A stretch of DNA of 64,000 nt, taken from contig CANQRM010000005.1 of NCBI GenBank assembly GCA_947626265.1, positions 46,628 to 110,627 on the forward strand, in the 5' to 3' direction. Position numbers and translations under genes: made by a program. Source of the stretch: an uncultured Oscillospiraceae bacterium (GTDB taxonomy: Bacteria; Bacillota; Clostridia; Oscillospirales; Oscillospiraceae). The notes below the pieces were generated by a model, which made no database searches, had not been told where the DNA came from, and was given only the letters and a program-made list of their open reading frames with translations. Positions 34,083 through 41,422 of the stretch are shown here, piece by piece (position 1 is the first letter of the stretch; each line of letters begins with the position of its first letter).

Positions 34083-35156
34083 ATGATTTACACCAGGCAC
34101 ATAACCGTGGACCTGTACGACGACCGTATAACGGAGGTGGAAACCCAACAGGGCGACACCGCCCGCGCCCTGGAAATCACCGTCACCATGGACGGGGAGC
34201 AGCTGACCCCCGCCCCCGGCACCCGCGTTAATTTCCGGGGCCGCAAGCCGGACGGCTACGGCATAGACAACCCCGCGACCATCACCGAACAGAACACCAT
34301 CCGCTATCAATTCACGGAGCAGACCGTGGCATACCCCGGCCGGTTTCCGTGCGACATCTATTTTGTGCAGACCGACGGCACCCTCTCCACCGTCACGTTT
34401 TGGCTAATCGTCAAGCCCCACCCGGCCGGCAAGCCCGGCACCAGCAGCTACGAATACGGGGCCATGGTGGACGCTACAAACAAGGCCCTGGAGGCCGCAG
34501 GCGACGCCTCCGGCGCTGCTGGGGACGCCAGCGCGGCGGCCAGCGCGGCGACCGAGGCGGCCGGCCTTGCGAACACGGCGGCCCAGGCCGCCGGCGAGGC
34601 GACGGAAAAGGCCAACACCGCCGCCGGCCGGGCAGAGACCGCGACCGAGACCGCGAACACCGCCGCCGACGGGGCCAATACAGCAGCGGCCGCCGCCAAT
34701 GCAGCAGCAGGCGACGCTGGGGCCGCTGCTGACAAGGCAAACACAGCGGCCGGGAACGCGGACGCGGCCACGGAAAAAGCCAACGCGGCCGCCCAGGACG
34801 CCTCCGAGGCTGCTACCGCCGCCGACGGGGCAACGGATAGAGCCAACACCGCCGCCGGCCTTGCGGAGTCCGCTGCCGACGGGGCCAACACGGCGACCGG
34901 CGCCGCCCAGGAGGCAACCGACGCCGCCAACGCCGCCGCCCAGCAGGCGACCGGCGCGGCCGCCGAGGCGGACGCCGCGACCGACGAGGCCCTGGAAGCG
35001 GCCGAACAGGCCCGCCAGGCGGCCCAAACCGTCCTGGGGGAGATTGACGGCGTCGTGCTGCTGTCCCTGGACACGCAGCAAAAGTATATTATGCGTTTCC
35101 GCATTTCGGACGGCTGCCCCGCGATCCAGGTAAGCAAAACAATACAGGCCGGATAA
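34083..35156 (+). CDS. BppU-like baseplate/fibre protein with Ala-rich coiled-coil repeats
   Basis: N-terminus ITVDLYDDRITEVETQQGDTARALEITVTMDGEQL...RFPCDIYF resembles the BppU N-terminal Ig-like domain. The central roughly 180 aa hold degenerate (ANTAA/ATEKANxAA) repeats. Confidence 0.7.
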   Translation: MIYTRHITVDLYDDRITEVETQQGDTARALEITVTMDGEQLTPAPGTRVNFRGRKPDGYGIDNPATITEQNTIRYQFTEQTVAYPGRFPCDIYFVQTDGTLSTVTFWLIVKPHPAGKPGTSSYEYGAMVDATNKALEAAGDASGAAGDASAAASAATEAAGLANTAAQAAGEATEKANTAAGRAETATETANTAADGANTAAAAANAAAGDAGAAADKANTAAGNADAATEKANAAAQDASEAATAADGATDRANTAAGLAESAADGANTATGAAQEATDAANAAAQQATGAAAEADAATDEALEAAEQARQAAQTVLGEIDGVVLLSLDTQQKYIMRFRISDGCPAIQVSKTIQAG

Positions 35157-35214
35157 TATGCGGCCGCGATCCACACCATGGAACCCATAAACCTATAACA
35201 GGAGGTAATTTTTT

Positions 35215-36921
35215 ATGGATGAAATCTTGCACACATTCCCCAGCGCGGCCCAGCATGAGCGTATCGCCGTAGCCCTGGAACGGCTGGCAAACGCCAAGGC
35301 CAGCCCCGAATACCTGGACGCCTATTGTGGCCTGCTTATGGACGGCACCAACACGACCGCCGTACTCCGCCAATGGTGGCCCCTGGCCGCCTATGACACC
35401 CCCGACAAGTACGAGCGCCTGTCCCGTTTTGCGGCCATGGCGGCCCAGGCATGGGACGGCAAGGTGTACACCGTGCGCGGCTTTTCGTCCGCGACCGCCG
35501 ACCACGCCATGACGCCCCTTGACGACCTGGCGGGCAAGGGCAAGGCCGTACTGGCGACCGACACGGCCCCCGGCGCTGCTGACTGGGCCGAAGAGGACCC
35601 CATGACCTGGTATATCCGGGCCAACGCCGTAAGCAAACAGGACGGCACTATGGACATCAAGGCCATAGAGGGGGAGCCGGGTTTCGACATTACGGGCGAA
35701 ACGGCCCCCGTGTACACCTTTGCCCTGGCCCTCTGGCGCCGGGAAGTCCGGGACGGGAGCTATACCACGAAAAGCTGGCGGACGACGCAGGCGGGCGGTT
35801 TCCGCCCCTACGCGGGCGACGTGGCCCCGGACGGCACAAAGCGGGCGTTGACCTGGCACCCCACATTCGGCGGGGCGCTGAATAGCAAGGGCAACCTCAC
35901 CAGCGGCGCCGGCCGGCCCCTTGCCATTTTCAAGTCCGCTTTGCAGGGCTTGGAGGCCGCCCGGAAGTGGAACGCCTACGAGGGCCTTTGGTGTGACTGT
36001 GATACCGAATGGCTGCTTGATATGTGGCAGTTGCGGCACCAGGACAAGGAAAACAGCGCGATACTGGAGGGCTGCACAACCTACAATTACCAGTATCAGG
36101 TGGCCGTGGCCGAGAATGGCGTGTCCCGCGTCCTGGTGACGACCGTACAGGGTGCAAATTTCGTGGCCGGCTCCACCGTTTCCGTCGGCGACCATTCGGC
36201 CGCCAGCAACCGGGACCGGGGCCAGGCCGATATGCGGAACCTGGCCGACCAGGTACAGATCACCAGCATAGCCGAGGTGTCTATCGGTGAAACGAAATAC
36301 ACCGCCCTCAACCTGGACCTGGGCGGCAAGGCCATTGACGTACCGGCGGAGGCGTGGGTGTCCACCATGCCCTGGCACACTGGCAGCACGGAGCGCGTAC
36401 CCGGCCATAAGGACGGTTGCCTGGGCAATCTCACCATCGGCAAATACCCCTTGCGCGTGGCCGGCGTGGAGGCCGTGGACGGCGCCTATGCCGTGGGCCT
36501 TGATCCCCTGTATAACGTCGTGGCCGGCTCCGACGGCACGCACTGGACCTATAACCGCGTGGCCGTGTGCAGGGACTCCGAAAACCTGGCCGGCACCATC
36601 GGCGCCGGCTATGAGGACACCGGGATCACTTTTACGGATATGCCCCAGGGCTGGCAGTACGTCAAGGAATTTGCCCAAAACAATGACGGCGTAATTTTCC
36701 CGTCCGAGATCGGCGGCTCCAGTACACAATGGTATAAGTCCGCTTTCTATGGCTCGGATGGCGCCGGCGTCCGCTGTCCGTGGCGTTTTGCCATTCTGTA
36801 TGATACGGCCTCTGCCGGCCTCGCCGCCGGGTGTGGCAACCTTGCGCCCTCGGCGCTGGCCTGGTTTGGCGCGCCCCGGCTTTCCGGGGCGGGTAAAAAG
36901 CGGGGTGAATGGCCGGCGTAA
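35215..36921 (+). CDS. DGR target protein: tail fibre / receptor-binding-position protein carrying the variable region at its C-terminus
   Basis: 568 aa, last structural gene of the tail module. The final roughly 60 codons contain VR (36738-36885). C-terminus: ...YGSDGAGVRCPWRFAILYDTASAGLAAGCGNLAPSALAWFGAPRLSG. Confidence 0.85.
   Translation: MDEILHTFPSAAQHERIAVALERLANAKASPEYLDAYCGLLMDGTNTTAVLRQWWPLAAYDTPDKYERLSRFAAMAAQAWDGKVYTVRGFSSATADHAMTPLDDLAGKGKAVLATDTAPGAADWAEEDPMTWYIRANAVSKQDGTMDIKAIEGEPGFDITGETAPVYTFALALWRREVRDGSYTTKSWRTTQAGGFRPYAGDVAPDGTKRALTWHPTFGGALNSKGNLTSGAGRPLAIFKSALQGLEAARKWNAYEGLWCDCDTEWLLDMWQLRHQDKENSAILEGCTTYNYQYQVAVAENGVSRVLVTTVQGANFVAGSTVSVGDHSAASNRDRGQADMRNLADQVQITSIAEVSIGETKYTALNLDLGGKAIDVPAEAWVSTMPWHTGSTERVPGHKDGCLGNLTIGKYPLRVAGVEAVDGAYAVGLDPLYNVVAGSDGTHWTYNRVAVCRDSENLAGTIGAGYEDTGITFTDMPQGWQYVKEFAQNNDGVIFPSEIGGSSTQWYKSAFYGSDGAGVRCPWRFAILYDTASAGLAAGCGNLAPSALAWFGAPRLSGAGKKRGEWPA
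36738..36885 (+). repeat. DGR variable region (VR)
   Basis: 148 bp collinear with 36988-37135 (offset exactly 250). 16 mismatches, 15 at positions where the TR copy has A. Confidence 0.9.
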
Positions 36922-36948
36922 AGCCGGCCAGAGGGGGCGCCGCCCCCT
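36886..36948 (+). promoter_or_regulatory. Candidate IMH plus downstream hairpins flanking VR
   Basis: G-rich GGGGCGGG (36886-36893) pairs with ACGGCGGG in the TR copy, so the copies diverge at non-A positions here. Then GGCCGGC-gtaaa-GCCGGCC (36911-36929, spanning stop codon 36919-36921) and the palindrome AGGGGGCG-c-CGCCCCCT (36932-36948). Confidence 0.5.
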
Positions 36949-36987
36949 GCTCCAGTTTCGACACAAAAGGGTATTGCAGCGCGAACG

Positions 36988-37135
36988 GTCCGCTTTCTAT
37001 GGCTCGAATGGCGCCGGCGTCCGCTGTCCGTGGCGTTTTGCCAATCTGAATGATACGGCCCATGCCGGCCTCGCCGCCGAGAATGGCAACAATGCGCCCT
37101 CGACGCTGAACTGGAATGACGCGCCCCGGCTTTCC
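36988..37135 (+). repeat. DGR template repeat (TR)
   Basis: Non-coding copy of VR. Read in the VR-equivalent frame it gives Asn-rich SNG..ANLND..AENGNNAP..LNWND (AAY codons). Lies about 235 bp upstream of the RT gene. Confidence 0.9.
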
Positions 37136-37370
37136 ACGGCGGGGAAACGGTATCTTTTTCATCCCCGCCGAAGATTGAAAAATCAAAGCGTTGCAATATC
37201 CCGGCGTATGCCAAAATCATGTGATACCGACTCCGCCCTATGGCGGCCGCCCGGCCCTGGGCCTGGCGGGGGTTAGTAGTAATATCCCGGCGACCTGCTT
37301 TAAGGCCAGCCGGTCAACCGAAAAGCCCCGTACATAAGGAAAGACCTATCCCCCGGAAAGGGGCGACGAT

Positions 37371-38639
37371 ATGAAGCAGCGGTATAAAGACCTGGACCAT
37401 GCTTTGTGCGTCCTGGCCGTCTTAAAAGCCTTTGAGGATAAATGGGACCGCCAGGACGTGCAGGCCGTCGTCAACAAGTACGCCGGGATCACCCGGCGGG
37501 AACTGCTGGCCGACGTGGACCGTGGCAATTTCAATGTCAAGATGGAGGCCGCTGAAAGTATCGCCTACGAACTGGAGCAGCGCGTCGTGGACCTTATGGC
37601 CGGCGACCCCGACGCCCTGGACCTGGAGCCGGTATATGTCCGCCAGCGGCGCGACGGCATGACCGGGAAACTCCGGGATATAGCCGACCTGTGCATATTT
37701 CACCAGCTTTTCGGCCATCTGGTACGCCTGGGCCTGGACCCGCTTTTCAAGGCCCGCATACTGCCCCAGCAGCACGCCAGCCTCCCGGATCACGGCCAGG
37801 TGGCCCTAAAACAGCAAGTGGAGCGGTATCTACGGGCCGACCGCCTGCACATCAAGGCGGCCCTTAAAAAGGACGTACATCATGCCTATCAAAGTACGCA
37901 GTACGCCGTGGCAATAGACCTCCTCCGGCGGGAAATCCCCAGCGCCGCGTGGATTTTCGCCATCCTGGACGCCATGGCCCGGATAGCACCCGGCGGCCAT
38001 CTGATAATAGGCGGCTACCTCGACGCCTGGCTTTTCAATTTCGTTATGTCCTACGCCTTGCGGTACGTCCTGGGGCTGCACAAGACCCGGCGCGGCCGGT
38101 CCGTGCCCCTGGTGTGCCGGACGCCCTGCTATATGGACGACGTGGGCCTGCTGGGCCGCCGCGTGGCTGACATCAAAAGCGCCGCCCGGAAAATGGGCGC
38201 CTGGATGGAGGCCAACCTGGGCCTCCAGTGGAAAGACGACGGCGAACTGACCGAATTTATGACCGTGCAGCAGGAACACCAACGGAAAAAGGCGCCGACG
38301 CCAGCCGGGCGAGGTTGCCCCGGCCTGGATATGGGCGGTTTCGTCATGCACCGCACTTATACCACCATCCGGCCCCGCATTTACATACGCGCCCGCCGGG
38401 CCTACCTCCGCAGCGGCCGGGAGGCGGACGGGACCGGCACCGTAAACGTCCAGCGCGCCCGCCGAAATTCGGCCTATTATGGCTATTACAAGCACACCGC
38501 CTCCGCAGGGGCAAAACGCAAGTACAACGTGGAGAAATTGCAAAACCTGTCTGCCCACGTTGTAGTATATCACGACCGGGCGGCCGCCCGGCAAAGAAAG
38601 GAGCAGCAAGCCCGACATGATAGCAAAATGCACAACTAA
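37371..38639 (+). CDS. Reverse transcriptase (DGR-associated)
   Basis: 422 aa. RT motifs by eye: KLRDIADLCIFHQLFGHLV (1/2), LKKDVHHAYQS (3), IIGGYLDAWLFNFVM (4), CYMDDVGLLG (5, YMDD at aa 254-257), GLQWKDD (6). Immediately downstream of TR. Confidence 0.9.
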   Translation: MKQRYKDLDHALCVLAVLKAFEDKWDRQDVQAVVNKYAGITRRELLADVDRGNFNVKMEAAESIAYELEQRVVDLMAGDPDALDLEPVYVRQRRDGMTGKLRDIADLCIFHQLFGHLVRLGLDPLFKARILPQQHASLPDHGQVALKQQVERYLRADRLHIKAALKKDVHHAYQSTQYAVAIDLLRREIPSAAWIFAILDAMARIAPGGHLIIGGYLDAWLFNFVMSYALRYVLGLHKTRRGRSVPLVCRTPCYMDDVGLLGRRVADIKSAARKMGAWMEANLGLQWKDDGELTEFMTVQQEHQRKKAPTPAGRGCPGLDMGGFVMHRTYTTIRPRIYIRARRAYLRSGREADGTGTVNVQRARRNSAYYGYYKHTASAGAKRKYNVEKLQNLSAHVVVYHDRAAARQRKEQQARHDSKMHN

Positions 38640-38949
38640 CGAAAGGCCGGCCGACGTGGAGATCAACACCATCCCCGACGGCGGCCAGTACGTCCGCCTG
38701 CACCAGAACGCCTCGCAGGTGGACACCCCCAGCATGGACGGCCAGCCGGCCGGCAAGGTGTGGGAAAGTGACGAGGTTTCCTTTTACGCCCCCGCTGACC
38801 GCGAACCGCTGACCGTGGAGGCCGTGACGGCGGACTTTTCCGACTGGTGGACCTACGGCGCCGCCTGGGACCCCGACGCCCCCGCCCCTAGCCTGGACGA
38901 CCGGGTTACAGACCTGGAGGCCGTCATGCTGGCGATCATCGGCGTGTAA
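38617..38949 (+). CDS. Hypothetical acidic phage protein
   Basis: 110-aa ORF overlapping the RT 3' end by 23 nt. The RBS is rather distant. Confidence 0.5.
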   Translation: MIAKCTTNERPADVEINTIPDGGQYVRLHQNASQVDTPSMDGQPAGKVWESDEVSFYAPADREPLTVEAVTADFSDWWTYGAAWDPDAPAPSLDDRVTDLEAVMLAIIGV

Positions 38950-38963
38950 GGGAGGTGACATCG

Positions 38964-39107
38964 TTGTTTGCTTTCATTCGGTCCATGTACAAGCGCGGCG
39001 CCATGACCGCCGCCCAGGTGTGGGCGCTGGCTGACGGCGTCGCCCCGCCCATCACCGCCGAACAGGCCACGCAGATATGCGGCCCCCGGCCGGAGGCCGA
39101 CGCATGA
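38964..39107 (+). CDS. XkdX-like small phage protein
   Basis: TTG start 8 nt after GGAGGTGA. My translation (M)FAFIRSMYKRGAMTAAQVWALADGVAPPITAEQATQICGPRPEADA resembles the XkdX family pattern (Y..G..T..QV...V..G.IT.EE...I.G). Below the ORF-track cut-off. Confidence 0.5.
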   Translation: MFAFIRSMYKRGAMTAAQVWALADGVAPPITAEQATQICGPRPEADA

Positions 39108-39316
39108 ACGCCCTCCAGATCGTCGAAGTCCTGGACACCGTCACCCGTATGCAGGCGGACGTTATAACGGACCTTTTCACGCTGCTATTGCAGCACATCA
39201 CCGCCGAGGAGGCCGACCGCCTCCCGTGCGTTTCCAAGCTAAACGCGGCCGCTGGCCTACGGGCGGACCTGGAAAAGGCCCGCGCCGGGGCCGCCCCGGC
39301 CGACACCAACACATAG
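39104..39316 (+). CDS. Small hypothetical protein
   Basis: ORF 39077-39316 trimmed to ATG 39104 (ATGA overlap, GGAGG upstream). 70 aa, helical. Confidence 0.5.
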   Translation: MNALQIVEVLDTVTRMQADVITDLFTLLLQHITAEEADRLPCVSKLNAAAGLRADLEKARAGAAPADTNT

Positions 39317-39328
39317 GAGGGGCGCCCT

Positions 39329-39571
39329 ATGAGTGACGCAATCGCCGTGGCCCTTATCGGCATGGCCGGCTCTGGCATTGGAGGCTTTGTCGGTATCGTA
39401 GTAAGCGCCAGACTGACCCAATACCGCCTGGAACAACTGGAAAAGAAAGTCCAGGCCCATAACAACCTGATAGACCGCACCTATAAGCTGGAAGAACAGC
39501 AAGCCGTCCAGGAGGAGCAGATCAAGGTTGTAAACCACCGCCTGGCGGACCTGGAAAAGGCCCAGCCATAA
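39329..39571 (+). CDS. Small membrane-anchored coiled-coil protein (lysis-module accessory)
   Basis: 80 aa. N-terminal TM AIAVALIGMAGSGIGGFVGIVV, then the coiled coil LEQLEKKVQAHNNLIDRTYKLEEQQAVQEEQIKVVNHRLADLEK. Sits just upstream of the holin. Confidence 0.55.
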   Translation: MSDAIAVALIGMAGSGIGGFVGIVVSARLTQYRLEQLEKKVQAHNNLIDRTYKLEEQQAVQEEQIKVVNHRLADLEKAQP

Positions 39572-39635
39572 CCCCCAGGGAACGACGGCGGCACCGCCGC
39601 CGCGTCCAAATATTTTTTAAGGAGGAACCCCTAAA

Positions 39636-40118
39636 ATGAAAAAGACCCTTTGCATGATCCTGGCGCTGCTTATGTGCGGCGCGATCCTGGCGACCGTCGG
39701 CGTGGGCGCCATGGCGGCCGAGGAGGCCGACCCCACCGACACCCCGACCGTCCAGGACACCGCCGAACCGGCGCCCGTGACCCCCGCCCCCGCCCCGGAG
39801 GCGACCGTCGCCCCGGAACAGGACCCCGAACCGGCCGGCGATACCGGCGGCGGCATGTCCGCCTTTGAGGTTGCCACTGTGCCCGTCCTGGTAATTATCT
39901 GTTTTGGCGTCGGCCAGTGTATTAAGCCCTGCAACCTGGATAACAAATGGATACCGGCTATCATGGTCCCCGTGGGCGCCATCCTGGGCTTTCTGGCGTT
40001 CCATGTTATGCCGGACTTCCCGGCCGGCGACCCCGTTACTGCCGTGGGCGTCGGCGTGGCAAGCGGCCTGGCGGCGACCGGCATACACCAGGTATATAAG
40101 CAGCTGAAAGAGGTGTAA
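39636..40118 (+). CDS. Holin-like membrane protein with N-terminal signal peptide and acidic Pro-rich extension
   Basis: The C-terminal roughly 85 aa (VPVLVIICFGVGQCIK...DNKWIPAIMVPVGAILGFLAF...GVGVASGLAATGIHQVYKQL) look like a Firmicutes phage holin. Preceded by MKKTLCMILALLMCGAILATVGVGAMA plus a Pro/Glu/Asp/Thr linker. Directly upstream of the endolysin. Confidence 0.7.
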   Translation: MKKTLCMILALLMCGAILATVGVGAMAAEEADPTDTPTVQDTAEPAPVTPAPAPEATVAPEQDPEPAGDTGGGMSAFEVATVPVLVIICFGVGQCIKPCNLDNKWIPAIMVPVGAILGFLAFHVMPDFPAGDPVTAVGVGVASGLAATGIHQVYKQLKEV

Positions 40119-40121
40119 GCC

Positions 40122-40973
40122 ATGGCGACCGCGAAACAGGTACTTGCCGTCGGCGAGGCCCTGGCCGGCGAAAACGAGGCCGTCCTGGGCGCCAACAATA
40201 CCACCGTCAACAGGGAGGCCGGCCTGCCCGGCTCTCCCTATTGCGGGGGCTTTGTGGCCTACGCCCAGAAGCACGGCGGCTCCGCGCTGCTGAATAAGTG
40301 CAGCAACCCCTGGTATGTGCCGACCTTGCGCCAGTACATGGAGGCCCAGGGCTGGCCCAGGGTAAGCACCCCCCAGCCCGGCGACATCTTCATAGAGGGC
40401 GACGATATGCACACCGGCTATTGTGACGAATACCTGGGCAACGGCTACTTTATGACCCTGGAGGGCAACGGCGGCCATGTCAAGGCGTCCAAGGCCGACG
40501 CACGCAACGGCACCGGCTCCACCTATGAGGGTATCGGCTACCGGCGCGCGGCCGTGTCCGGCGGTTTCAAATTCTACCGGCCGCCCTATGACGGCACCAG
40601 CAGCGGCACCCCCGCCCCCGCCCCGGCCCCGGAGCCGAAAAAGACCCCCCAGGACTACGTCAAGGACTGGCAGACCTGGCTCGGCGTGGAGGCCGACGGC
40701 GACCCCGGCGTTAAGACGCTGACCGCCAGCGTGGGCCGCCTGCTGTCTGGCCTGCTGTCCCTGTACTACCTCCGCAGGGGCGACAAGGGGGACGCCGTCA
40801 AGGTTGTGCAGGGCCTCCTGTACGCCCTGGACTACGACCCCGACGGCCTGGACGGCTCCTATGGCCCCGGCATGGAGGCGGCCGTCAAGAAATTCCAGGC
40901 GGACCACGGCCTGGACGCCGACGGGGAGGCCGGTAAGGACACCGTCGCCGCGCTGCTGGCCGCTTTGCAGTAA
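40122..40973 (+). CDS. Endolysin: CHAP-like peptidase plus two peptidoglycan-binding (PG_binding_1) repeats
   Basis: N-terminal SPYCGGFVAYA...GDIFIEGD.MHTGY (Cys/His CHAP-like). C-terminal WQTWLGVEADGDPGVKTL and GDKGDAVKVVQGLLYALDYDPDGLDGSYGPGMEAAVKKFQADHGLDADGEAGKDT. Confidence 0.85.
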   Translation: MATAKQVLAVGEALAGENEAVLGANNTTVNREAGLPGSPYCGGFVAYAQKHGGSALLNKCSNPWYVPTLRQYMEAQGWPRVSTPQPGDIFIEGDDMHTGYCDEYLGNGYFMTLEGNGGHVKASKADARNGTGSTYEGIGYRRAAVSGGFKFYRPPYDGTSSGTPAPAPAPEPKKTPQDYVKDWQTWLGVEADGDPGVKTLTASVGRLLSGLLSLYYLRRGDKGDAVKVVQGLLYALDYDPDGLDGSYGPGMEAAVKKFQADHGLDADGEAGKDTVAALLAALQ

Positions 40974-41221
40974 TGCGGCGACGCGGCCAAGCCCTGGCCC
41001 GGCTGCTGGCCCTGCTTATCCTGGGCGCGTTGTGCGCGTCCTGGGGCTGGCGTGCTGGCGTGGCCTACGCGACCCGGCCCCGTGACTACACCCCCTATAA
41101 TTCGGCGCAAATGTCCTGGATCATAGAGGGGATATGGGAGAGGGCCGCGTCTGAAGCTGACCGCGCCGGCCGAATCCAGCGCGAAAAAATGGCCGAGGAG
41201 GGCCTTATCCCGGCCGAATAA
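40973..41221 (+). CDS. Small membrane protein at the prophage end (lysis accessory or moron)
   Basis: 82 aa, TAATG coupling to the endolysin gene. N-terminal TM LARLLALLILGALCASWGW. Confidence 0.5.
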   Translation: MRRRGQALARLLALLILGALCASWGWRAGVAYATRPRDYTPYNSAQMSWIIEGIWERAASEADRAGRIQREKMAEEGLIPAE

Positions 41222-41274
41222 AGGCGGCCCCTGGTGTCCAATTAGGACTCCGGGGGCCGTTTTCTGTATCTAGT

Positions 41275-41341
41275 GGAATATCTACAAAACCGGGGAATAT
41301 GTGGCCCTGTTTTGGGAATATCTATAAAAATATCTGGAAAA
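41275..41341. repeat. Short direct repeats near the tRNA-proximal att site (candidate integrase arm-type sites)
   Basis: GGAATATCTACAAAA (41275-41289), GGAATAT (41294-41300), GGAATATCTATAAAA (41315-41329) and AATATCTGGAAAA (41329-41341). A related AATATCTA occurs at 5205-5212 beside the other att copy. Confidence 0.4.
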
Positions 41342-41383
41342 CAGGGGCAAAACAGGGACGGCACCGCCTGGCGGGAAAACGTC

Positions 41384-41419
41384 AAAAAGCCCGGAAACAT
41401 AGGCGTTTCCGGGCTTTTT
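41384..41419. terminator. Bidirectional Rho-independent terminator (tRNA-Val / phage lysis operon)
   Basis: AAAAA-GCCCGGAAAC-ataggc-GTTTCCGGGC-TTTTT. Perfect 10-bp stem flanked by an A5 and a T5 run, 4 nt from the tRNA 3' end. Confidence 0.7.
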
Positions 41420-41422
41420 CCC

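Noticed and set aside
36749-37276. 175-aa ORF spanning VR, the gap and TR, considered as a possible DGR accessory (Avd-like) gene.
   Set aside because: It has no RBS. It is simply VR read out of frame followed by TR read in the VR-equivalent frame (250-bp offset). The composition is Arg/Pro/Gly frame noise rather than a helical bundle.
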